A program made the position numbers and the translations under genes. Source: Octopus sinensis (Eukaryota). From it: DNA of 64,000 bases. Under the pieces are notes generated by a model. That model did not search any database and was not told the DNA's origin. It was given only the letters and a program-made list of their open reading frames with translations. The DNA is taken from contig NC_042997.1 in the NCBI RefSeq assembly GCF_006345805.1, positions 114,886,001 to 114,950,000 of the forward strand. Reading direction: 5' to 3'. Shown piece by piece: positions 12,975-23,964 of the stretch. Position 1 is the first letter of the stretch, and the number at the start of each line of letters is the position of its first letter.

Positions 12975-13926
12975 TTGTTTCAGCATGCGATCTCAGATCA
13001 AGTCACTTGCTATGCAAGTACATCTCCATAATATATATACCCTCCACACACACGCACATATAATTACATCATTTAACGTTTGTTTTCCATGCTGGCATGG
13101 GTTGGATGGTTTGTCAGGAGGTTTTTATAGTTGGATGCCCTTTTTAGTGCTAACTACTTTACAGAGTGTACTGGGTGCTTTTTGCATGGCACCAGCACAA
13201 TATAAGTTTCTGTGTATGTGTGTGTGTATATATATGTATATATAAAAGCATACATAATACATACATACATACACACACATATCTATCTATCTATATATAT
13301 ATATATATATAATATATATATATAAACAATTGCAGTGTGGAAGGTATTTATAAGCCATTTAAAAACACACAAAACGCATTAGATTCACTTCAGCATTCAA
13401 ATTTAATTTGTGTCAAAATATTTTTGTCACTTTGAAACCACAACCTGTTCACTGACACAACTACATGCTGCACAGTATTTTGTTAGTGAACTGGTTGCGG
13501 TTTCAAAGTGACAAAAATATTTTGACATAAATTAAATTTGAATGCTGAAGTGAATCTAATGCTTTTTGCGTGTTCTTAAATGGCTTATAAACACCTTCCA
13601 GGCAATTGTTTTTGTTTCAGCATGCGATCTCAGATCAAGTCACTTGCTATGCAAGTACATCTCCATAATATATATACCCTCCACACACACGCACATATAA
13701 TTACATCATTTAACGTTTGTTTTCCATGCTGGCATGGGTTGGATGGTTTGTCAGGAGGTTTTTATAGTTGGATGCCCTTTTTAGTGCTAACTACTTTACA
13801 GAGTGTACTGGGTGCTTTTTGCATGGCACCAGCACAATATAAGTTTCTGTGTATGTGTGTGTGTATATATATGTATATATAAAAGCATACATAATACATA
13901 CATACATACACACACATATCTATCTA

Positions 13927-13971
<45 letters not shown>

Positions 13972-13987
13972 GGGTGTGTATGAGCGC

Positions 13988-14389
13988 ACACGGGTGTGTA
14001 TGTTCTACCTGAGAGGTTCCTGCTGGCACGGAAAGGAAGGTGCAGGCTGCCGCTTTGCACATCGGGGACCCTGCCACAGAGACACGAGGCAGATGGACAA
14101 ACCATCAACACAAAGAAAAGGGATGGACTACGCACCACCTGCCCCAAAGCGGAGGTACGCAGATGTTGTGCGCGCCACAAACAGCCAACATGATGTTGTC
14201 GAAAGAGCAGCTGCTGAGCAACAATCTTTTTTGTGCATGGCACAAAAGATTGTACAGCAGCTGACCTGGCTTCATCAAACCCAAGCCCGCAGGTGGGACT
14301 ACCCACTATATACCAGACCACCACAGCAAACAGACACAGGATGGACACCGCCGGCAACAACGTACACCTCACCTCGATACTCCTACTGA
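13988..14389 (+). pseudogene. LINE ORF1 C-terminal remnant with CCCH zinc finger
   Basis: CMFYLRGSCWHGKEGAGCRFAH = C-x7-C-x8-C-x3-H at 13997-14062; overlaps the start of ORF2 in another frame. Confidence 0.7.
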
Positions 14390-17337
14390 ACATCAGAGGA
14401 CTGCAAACACTCAGTAACAGGACAAAGATCCCGTTCCTGAGAGACTTTGTTGCATGCAATCAAGCCTTATGCATAGCACTTACAGAAACGCACCTGAAAC
14501 CGGACATAGCAGATGCGGAGTTACACATACCACAGTATGCTGTACTACGGACCGACAGGAAAGAAAGGAGTCATGGAGGTGTTGCTATGTACATCCGTGA
14601 GGACCTCACACCCCAGGTCCTCTTGTCATACTCAAACTCAGTGTGTGACACACTAATTGTACATATTAGGCAACTTGATGTAGTTGTGTGTGCTACATAT
14701 CGCCCTCCAGATGCCCCAAGCCATGTGGGCAAGTTTGAAGACTGCCTTATAAAAATAGAAGAAATTCTAACCACATTAGAACAACACATAGGTGTGCTTC
14801 TTATGGGAGACTTCAATCTGCCCAATGTCAGATGGCCCGAGGGCCTTTCTCTCCCAGGAATGACAAGATGTGAACGAGGACAGGCGAGGTCCCTCCTGAA
14901 CCTCATCAACACCCTGTACATGGAGCAGGTAATACTCCAACCAACCAGGGCAGGTAACACACTGGATCTCTGCTTCACAAATGACATGGATCTCATCCAT
15001 AATGTGAAAGTGACACCGACACTACTCTCGGATCACAACATGATAGAGCTGACCATGTACGGGCCAAAAGAGAGCACGGACATGCAGCCTACAAGAAACC
15101 CTCAAAATCTTTCCAGCTTGAACTACCATAAGGCAAACTGGAAACAAATTGAGAAAGAGATCCTCAAACAAAACTGGCCTAAATGTCTCTCCTCGCCAGA
15201 CATCGACGTGAAACTTCAACAATTCATGTCTGTAATGCAAGCCATATGCTACAAATGTGTCCCAGAGAGAAAGGCCACTGTACACAAGAACAACATCCCC
15301 AGAGAGAGGAAAATTTTAATGAGACGGCGTACGAAATTTTCAAATCGCCTAAACAAACAGATTGAAAGCAGTGAAAAGTCCCGCCTAAAAATAAAACTGT
15401 TGGAAATCGAAAAATGTCTGCAACTCTCCCATGAAAAAGAAAGAGCAGACAAAGAAGCCTGAGCTATAGAAAACATTAAATCTAACCCCAGAGCTTTCTA
15501 CAGGTATGCCAAAGAAACAGCTACAGTGCACTGTAGAATAGGGCCACTCCTCGAAAAGGATGGCACACTTACAGGAAAACCAATGAGGGTAAGTGAAATA
15601 CTGAATGAGCAATTCAAGAGTGTTTTCACTCCACCCCTTGGGCATCTCCAAATCACCAATCCAACTGACTTTTTTACCACTGCAGATATAAAATCAGAGG
15701 CGGTGACGATAGATTACATCGATATAAAGGAAGACGATGTAACCAAGGCTATAGATGAAATGAAAACAGACTCAGCTACTGGCCCCGATGGATTCCCGGC
15801 AATCCTCCTAAAAGCATGTAAGAGAGTCCTAGCAAGACCACTGCAGTTCCTCTTTCAGATCTTCCTTGCAGCTGGCAAACTTCCAGGAAAACTGAAGGAA
15901 GGTAAAATATGCCCCATTCATAAAGGAGGTAGCAGAGCGGAAGCCAAGAACTATAGACCTATCTCTCTGACCTCACACATCAGCAAGGTCATGGAACGAA
16001 TAGTCAGAAGGAAGCTGATCACCTTCCTTGAAGAGAATGACTTGCTGCCTGACACCCAACATGGTTTCCGACCAGGGAGAAGCTGTTTAACTCAGCTCCT
16101 ACAACACTATGACTGGGTGCTGAAACGGCTGCTCAACCACTCAAATGTGGAAGTGATATATCTCGACTTTGCAAAGGCCTTTGATAAAGTCGATCATGGA
16201 ATGATATGTCACAAACTGCGTGATCTCAACATAGTTGGAAAACTGGGAGAATGGCTTCATGACTTTCTGAAGGATAGAAGTCAGGTGGTAGTAGCCAATG
16301 GGGCCACCTCCATTAACACACAAATAGTGAGCGGTGTTCCGCAGGGCACTGTTCTGGGACCACTACTGTTCATAATGGCCCTCTCAGACATGCCCTCAGC
16401 CATGCAGAGAGCCACGATCACAAGTTATGCAGATGATACAAAAGTTTCACAGGCAATACAGAACCCTGAGGACACTAAACACCTGCAATGTGAGCTGGAC
16501 GAAATATACAAGTGGGCTGAAAAGAATAGCATGCAGTTCAATGCTGGAAAGTTTCAAGCTTTATACTATCAGCATGCAAAACTGAATGCAATACCCAATG
16601 AATACACTGGACCCGGAGGGATTGCAATCCCAGAGGCACAATCAGTGCGTGACCTGGGTATTCACATGAGTGATGACGCGACCTTTCATGTATATGTTGC
16701 TAAACTGACAATGAAATGTAGACGGCTGGCTGGATGGATTCTTAGAACCTTTAGAACAAGAGAACAAGAAACCATGATGGTCCTCTGGAAGACACTTGTC
16801 CTAAGCCACTTTGACTATTGCTCTCAGCTATGGTCACCATCCAGTGTCAAGTTGATCACAGAACTTGAGGCGATCCAACGAAGCTACACAAAGAAGATAG
16901 CCTCTATGCAGAATGTAAGCTACTGGGAAAGACTCAAGAGATTAAAATTATATTCCCTGGAGCGTAGGCGGGAAAGATATGCCATAATATACATCTGGAA
17001 GATCCTGGAGGGAAGTGTCCTGAACTTTGGCATCGAGAGTTACGCAAATGCCAGAACTGGGCGCCACTGCGTGGTGCCTAGGACTCCAAACCTGCCATCA
17101 AGATGTAGGACAAGATTCTGTGATAGCCTGGGCTTCCGAGGCCCACAGCTCTTCAATATCCTCCCGAAGAACCTGAGAGACCTGCATGGGGTGGATACAG
17201 ATGTCTTTAAAATGAAGCTGGATCTCTTCCTGTCAGGTGTCCCAGATGAACCAACTTCACGGCAGGAGGGGCAGATGAGGGCAGCTGCATCGAACTCTCT
17301 CATGCACCAAATAGCAGTTGCTAGAAAGCCTCCATGA
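14341..17337 (+). pseudogene. LINE ORF2 (AP endonuclease + reverse transcriptase) with one in-frame TGA at 15460-15462
   Basis: Track ORFs 14233-15462 and 15526-17337 share a frame. EN motifs: LNIRGL, LTETHL, GGVAMY, YRPP, GDFNLP, TLDL, SDHN. RT motifs: YRPISLTS, QHGFR, YLDFAKAFDKV, GVPQGTVLGP, YADD, DLGI. Start ATG 14341 is inferred. Confidence 0.93.
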
Positions 17338-18125
17338 AGTGAAACCAAGTAGCAACACCAAATGGCGGTGCCCCAGCATGGCCACAGCTCATAAGCTGAA
17401 ACTAGAATCAACCAATCAATCAATCAATCATATATATATATAATTATTTAATCTCCATTTTTCATGCTGGTATGGATTGGGTATTTTGACAGGATCTGAC
17501 AGGCCCAAGGACAGCATTGTGTTCCATTGTCTGCTCTTACATAGTTTCTACACCTGAATGCCCTTCCTAATACCAACCACTTTGTCTTGGGTGCATTTCT
17601 TTTCATGCCACCAGCATGTGGTGGTGGTGGTGGGTCTATGTTTGTGATTCCTTGTCTCTACAACATGCGATATTTATGAATGAGCATCATACCAACAGTC
17701 ATTCTTTCCAATCTTCCATGAAAATATATCCAGCTATGGGTAAATATTACCTTGTTTAGAAGCAGATAAGGGTTGGTAACAGGAAGAGTGTCTGGTTGTA
17801 GAAAATCTGCTTCAACAATTTGATCCATGCAAGCATGGAAAGTGGACATTGAAATGATGATATGAGTATTAAAATCAATCAATTGATCTCAGTTTATATG
17901 CATGCCACCTATATACCTGAGTACATTATTGCCTGCAATGCTATTGATAATTATATAGATTTACACTGGTGAATTGTCCATATATATGTGAAGTATTGAT
18001 ATCCAGAACACCCAAGACGGCAGGTAAGGCTATGTAACTGCTATAGGAGGACGGTAATTAGACTCTTGGTTCGATACTAATACAAGTGAGGAGTCTAATG
18101 CAGGTTTTGCATGAGCATGGATATG

Positions 18126-18404
18126 TTAAATAAAATGAGACAACAAAACCAAGGCCGTGTGGAATTTATAGGACATTTATGAAGAGAAAGGTAGTCTTAC
18201 AGCTGTTTCTGGAGTATTAGGGATATCCCTTCATCGGAGAAGATATAAGAGAGTTAACTATTTCCCTTATATTGAACTCTACTATTTCCCTCTCATATCA
18301 TCTCTGATGAAGGGATATCCCTAATATCCCAGAAACGGCTGTAAGACTTTCTCTTTATAAATGTCCTGAAAATTCCACACAGCCTTGTTGTCTCATTCTA
18401 TTAA
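18126..18404. mobile_element. Palindromic element, hammerhead family 2 in both arms
   Basis: ~115-bp inverted arms around a ~60-bp spacer. Confidence 0.8.
18301..18346 (+). ncRNA. Minimal type I hammerhead motif, family 2
   Basis: UCU-CUGAUGA-A-GGGAUAU[cccua]AUAUCCC-A-GAA-ACGGCUGU-A-AGA; the minus arm (18195-18240) has a perfect palindromic stem III ACAGCUGU. Confidence 0.7.
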
Positions 18405-19779
18405 GCATGCGTACACACACACACACACACACGTGGGTAGGTACTGCTGCAATGTCCACTAACATCCTAGACCTACTCAAAGAAAGCAGTTTTAGTGATA
18501 GGCAAATGATGTCTTCTCTCTTGGTCATTTTAAAATTTCTACTGAATGGTTTTTGCTAATCTGGATGTTTGAGCTGTTTGCCTTCTTTTCTCAGGCTCCT
18601 TTCCACCCCTACATGAAGTAGCTGTCTGGGTGTCCTCTCTTCCCAAGACCCCCCCCCCCACACACACATGAAGCTGTGTGCTCCCTTTTCTCGAACTATT
18701 TCCCCTAGTTGTAGAACTGCAGCTATTTAAAGTTCCCTTACAACCCTTATTTTGCTGCTACATGTTGACCTAAAGGTTTTTAAGCTGAGGATTCTCTTAT
18801 TTAACTCACCAGATTGAGATGATGTGCAAGGGTCATGGGGCCCTAGTTTTCCTTCTTTCACTAAGAATCAATAACTGTTTGCTTACAGTAGTTCTTGTTA
18901 CTAAATTTCTCATGCATCATTTGTTCTTCCAGCATTTAAAGATCATTTTACAAGTTAGAGACTTTTAGATCTGTTACAAAAAATTGATCCTTGTTGAGAA
19001 TTAAATATGTATTTTCAGGGCATCTTCTTCCTTGGTCTTCGATTTAAAAGTCAAACTTCTAATCATGCTAAGATTTATCTAGAAATAATTATCTTCCCTT
19101 CCAGTAACTGGCCACCAAGGCACATAACATGAATCAAATTATGTTAAAAGAATGGCACAGGCTTGGCTGTGTGGTAAGAAGTTTGCTTACCAACCACATG
19201 CCTCGGTTCATTCTTACTACATGGCACTTCAGGTAAGTGCCTTCTATAGCTCCAGGCCAACCAAAGCCTTATGAGTGGATTTGGTAAACAGAAGCCTGAT
19301 GTGTGTGTGTGTCCGTGTCCCACCACTGCTTGATAACTGATGGTGTTGCTTACATTCCTGTAACTTAAGAATAAAGACTGATAGAATAAGTATCAGCTCT
19401 AAAAGAATAAGTATTGGGGGTTGATTCATTGAATTAAAATTCTTCAAGGTGGTGCCCCAGCATTGCCACAGTCTAATGGTTGAAATAAAGTGACTTACTG
19501 AAGGATACAATGCACTGCCTGGAATTGAACTCATCACCTAAGGATCATGAGCTAAATACTTTAACCTCTAAGCCACATACCTTCACAGCAAAGATTATGC
19601 TCCTGCTCACAACACACAAGGATCCTTTCTCACTTCTTCTGTCAAAAATTGTTTGCTGATCCCTAATATTTTTTCCCCCCTTCTAATCATTGTATTTAAC
19701 CTTAAGGTACATATTTGTGATGTTGGATGTGTTGGAAATAATGAAATGAACCCTATTTTATTATATCAAAATCAAAATC

Positions 19780-20325
19780 GCTGACATGGCTGATGACAGT
19801 GCCTCTGGATTGGCACTTGTGCCAGTGGGACATTAAAAGCACATCTAAGTGTTGGTGTAACCAGCCCACTTATGAGTACCCCTCATTCATTGGACAATAA
19901 ACTTTGCTTGCGAAGACCCATTGAGGCAAGTAAAATCAAATCAAATTTGCTGACGTGGCCGATGATAGTACTACCTGATTGGCACTTTTGCCAGTGGAAC
20001 ATTAAAAGCACATCCGAGCGTGATCGTTGCCAGGACCACGGATTGGGTGGCACGTAAAAAGCACCATTCTAGTGTGGTTGTTGCCAGTGCTGCCGGACTG
20101 GCACCTATGCAGGTAGCACGTAGAAAATACCTTTTGAGCGTGGTCATTGCCAGAACCACCTGACTGGCCCTCGTGCCAGTGGCACATAAGGGCATCCAAT
20201 TGTAGAAACTTTGCCAGACCAGATTGAGCCTGGTTCAGCCTTTTAGTTCATCAGTCCTCAGTCAAACCTTCCAACCCATGCCAGCATGGAAAGCAGATGT
20301 TAAAAGTTGATGACGATGATGATTT
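19780..20325 (+). mobile_element. RTE 3' UTR fragment with several internal repeat units
   Basis: Homologous to 1-430 and 7300-7783; (GAT)n-like tail. Confidence 0.75.
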
Positions 20326-20931
20326 AATTTAGAAGCCTGTTCCAGATCTTGCATAGCATTGCAATAAATGATATTCCTCTGAAGTTTGTTACTCAATGAT
20401 GATGTTACTATAAACGAACGCACACACACACACACACACACTACTAAAAAAAAAAGAAAACAGAAACAAAACAACAAAACCCAGCAATGGTATCAACAAA
20501 TATTGACTTTATTTCCAAAGTATTTAGTTACTGGGTAACCTGCTGCAGTTATTTATGTCTTTTTGTAAACATTGGCCAGAGGTTGTTTAACTGAAAAACT
20601 TTTTCTGATCTATTTAGTGTTTTACCAAGCCTTGTCTCAGAGTATTGTACATGTCAAAATGTTTACATATTTTGTTACAATTTAGAGAATTTTATCTTTC
20701 TCTTTCAGTCTTGAGACTAACTAAAAATAATGCTTCTTTCACTGGGTTCTGTCATTGGGCTACTGCCATGCTGGGGCACCATCTTGAAGTTTTTTTTTTA
20801 TTTAATCAATAATATCAATCTTAGTCTTTTGTATAGTACTTTATTGGTTTTGGAGGAGGACAAATATTAAATTAGAAAATTACTATTTTTAAATCTCACA
20901 ACGAGAGATATTCAGCAACAGTACTTTGGAG

Positions 20932-21303
20932 TAAAGATTGTTTGCCAACATAACATGGCAGTCCTGGTTTAGGACGAATGTTGCTGTAATTTAGCCCTAG
21001 GAGACATCGTCTCCAGCTGGCTATACGACATGATCTGTGTCCTTATATTTTCAAACAAGGGAATTTGGCAGCGCCACCTCTAGCTGAACAATTTTTCTGT
21101 GTTGATGAAGGGAAATAACCCAGAAATCACGATACACAGATATTGTTTTGAGCTGAGTGGTGGGTGCTAGATTCTCTTGTTTGAAAATGTAAGGACACAG
21201 ATCATGTCGTCTAGCCAGATGGAGATGATGTCTCCTGGGGCTAAATTACAGCAACATTCGTCCTGAACCAGGACTGCCATGTTATGTTGGCAAACAATCT
21301 TTA
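20932..21303. mobile_element. Foldback element, 133-bp arms, hammerhead in the spacer
   Basis: 20932-21064 is the near-perfect reverse complement of 21171-21303. Confidence 0.85.
21096..21140 (+). ncRNA. Minimal type I hammerhead motif, family 3
   Basis: UCUGUG-UUGAUGA-A-GGG[aaauaa]CCC-A-GAA-AUCACGAU-A-CACAGA: 6-bp stem I, C3U core change, near-palindromic stem III. Confidence 0.7.
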
Positions 21304-22768
21304 TGACAAATATTAAACTTGAGTGGGTGTAAAGGGAGTGGAGGGCAACTGAGATGATATAACACTGCTCTTTTGTTTGACTCACCAATTCTTTTGCACA
21401 TCCCATGATTTGTGTGTGTGTTTTAGTAGAGGGAGAAGGGAAACCAGACCCTGTTACCATCAAGGAAATGACCATATTTGGCATGCAGAAAAGCAGTAGG
21501 TAGTTATTCCCTGCAGTCAGTCCAGTGTAAACAATGGATGTTCAAGAAGTGTTAGGGATTACAGGCAGAGTAACAGAGAAGACAAGCTTCAAACACTGCA
21601 GGTGCGAAGGAGTAATAAACCCCAAGAATGCATGGGAAATAGTCTCCCAAATGTATGGACAGCTCTCAAGTTGTACTTGACAGTTACTCAGGGGCTTTAA
21701 TTAGCAATGGGATGGGTGTTCTGAAAATGTAGTAGCCAGAATAAGTATCAGTTGCAAAAAAGTTCAGAGAGCTGTTGACCTCTGTTGATAACAAAGGACA
21801 TCTGCCTCAAAGTGGAGAGTACATACTTTTCTGCTCTTGGCCAAAGGCCCGAAATTTTGTGGGAGGGGGCCATTCGATTAGATGGAATCCAGTATGCAAC
21901 TGCTACTTAATTTATCAACCCCGAAAGGATGAAAGGCAAGAGTATATTGTGTGATGTTTATGTATGAAGTGTGATGCTACAGGGTAGCAAGACCGTGTGG
22001 TCTTGGGTCCAGTCCCATGTATGTATGCATGTTTGTATGAATGTGTGTGTGTGTATACCCCTGTCTAGATATCATGTGATGGTTGTAAACAAGCCATATA
22101 AGCGATGTTGTTTCCAGTCGTCAGTGTAAAACCTATTAGGCCAAGGAGAGAAATATTACCTTGCTTGGAAGCAGTTGAGGGATGGCAACTGGAAGGGCAT
22201 CCAGCTGTGGAAAGATCTGCCTCAACAAACTCCGCCTGACCCATGCAAGCTTGAAAAAGTGAAAGTTAAAATGATGATTCTTCTCATCATATGTGGCACA
22301 AGGAGCCATCAATTTATGGCTTTTTCCTTTTGATAGCATCTTCTCCATCATTTATAAATGTTTCTGTTTTTATGCCAGCAACACTAGTCACATTTTCTAT
22401 TGTAAACTTTCATTTTAAAGTCCCTCCCACTCACCATGCCAAAGAAGAGGAAATAACAAAGTGGTAACATCAAAACGCTTCTTCTGTTACATTGTAAGAA
22501 ATAGAATGAAAACTAAAATTTCTTCCTCACTTCAAATGGATGATTCTTTCTGAAAGAATGTCTGCTATAAATGTTGACATTAGCAATTATATCTTGTAGT
22601 GCATTGTGCTCTTAAGCAAAACACTTCATTCCAAGTTACTCCCATTGACTTAGCTGTAAATGAGTTTCATTAATAGATGGGAAGTTAACCCTGCAAAAGA
22701 CTGGTGTCCCATCCAAGGGGTAGTGTTGTAACCTTAGTCACTTACATATGAAAACCAGGTTAAGTTCT

Positions 22769-22853
22769 GGTATAGTGGTTAAGAGCACGGGCTACTAACC
22801 CCAAGATTCTGAGTTCAATTCCAGGCTGTGACCAGAATAATAATGATAATAAT
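22769..22853 (+). mobile_element. tRNA-like SINE head + (AAT)n
   Basis: A-box tagtggttaagag, B-box gagttcaattcc (22811-22822); matches the spacer of the 52.3-kb palindrome. Confidence 0.7.
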
Positions 22854-23177
22854 AGAAAAGCAAAAGATGAAGACAGGTGTATGAACAAGCAGGTGTATTA
22901 GTTTGACACTTGGGGAAAATGAGAAAGTCTTTTACATTTCAAGTCTGCGCTCTTCAACAGAAAGGAATACAAGAAAATAAACGGAGAAAATAAAAAAAAA
23001 CTTGTGGATTTAGCGGTCAAGTACATATATATATATAGCTTAGCCAAAGAGGTGGCATCATTCGAAAGATAAAGCAATGTAAAGTGCACTGTGACCAGTG
23101 ATGTACTCCTTTGCAGACATCTGATAGTCTGGTCGATCATGTGATATATACATTCACATGCATACATGTACATGCCC

Positions 23178-23211
<34 letters not shown>

Positions 23212-23692
23212 ATATATATAATACATGTCTTTTGATGCTATTTATTTTTCATTTTACTGTCTTGTTTTTATTTTAACATTTTGTCATTTTATTGGAGGTT
23301 TTTTTTATTTCATTTTCATTTTAAAAATCACTCATCTCCTAACTCAAGTATTTAAGAATATTTTTTTTTTACAAAATAACTTGTTGCCTATAGTTTTAAT
23401 AATCATTGCAAATGAATATTGGGGAAAAGCAGAAATGTCAGAGTCCTACTTATTCACCCCCCACCCCCCAAACTTCATGTGTATGTCGTTAGAAATGAAA
23501 TATTTAATTATATCGTGTGAATAGCACGGTGGATTGAAGGATTTGGCGAAGTGTGTTCTGAATATAGTTTTAGTTCCTTGTTTGTGATTTCTCTCCTCTT
23601 CTGTCACTAATGTCTTTGGGAAAGGCATGAATACCATTTATCATTTCATCATCATCATTGTCTAGCTATCATGCTGACATAGGCTGGGCATT

Positions 23693-23964
23693 ATTTACAT
23701 TTGACAGATATTTGTCCTCATCTTGTTTGTTGTTAACACAACGTTTTGGCTGATACACCCTCCAGCCTTCATCAGGTGTCTTATAATAATAATATCGAAA
23801 AATACCTTAAGAATGAGAACCCAGATTTGGAATTTTCCCAAGACACGTGATGAAGACTGGAGGGTATATCAGCTGAAATGTTGTATTAACAACAAAGATG
23901 AGGACAAATATCCGTCGAATGTAAATAATGTACATAATTCCTCGTCTCTTAAATATAGAACTGT
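23693..23964. mobile_element. Palindromic Penelope-type element with a hammerhead motif in each arm, 14-bp TSD
   Basis: Inverted arms around ataataataatatcg; ataggctgggcatt at 23679-23692 and 23965-23978. Confidence 0.8.

Larger units (their letters stand above)
12687..13967 (+). repeat. Tandem duplication, 637-bp unit bounded by (TA)n
   Basis: Identical ORFs at 12943 and 13580; (TA)n at all three junctions. Confidence 0.95.
13968..17430 (+). mobile_element. CR1/L2-group (Jockey-group) LINE, 5'-truncated in ORF1, (CAAT)n tail, inserted in a (TA)n tract
   Basis: ORF1 remnant, EN-RT ORF2, 3' UTR with hairpin, (CAAT)n at ~17407-17430; (TA)n on both flanks. Confidence 0.92.

Noticed and set aside
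13920-17423. Antisense and alternate-frame ORFs over the LINE
   Set aside because: Shadows of the GC-richer ORF1/ORF2.
17959-18023. Possible exon with strong donor CAG|GTAAGG
   Set aside because: Weak acceptor, 65 nt would shift frame, no homology.
18500-19100. Possible decayed LINE remnants (also ~2880-3120, 21480-21720, 47050-47460)
   Set aside because: No recognisable motifs by eye; needs a tBLASTn or Dfam search.
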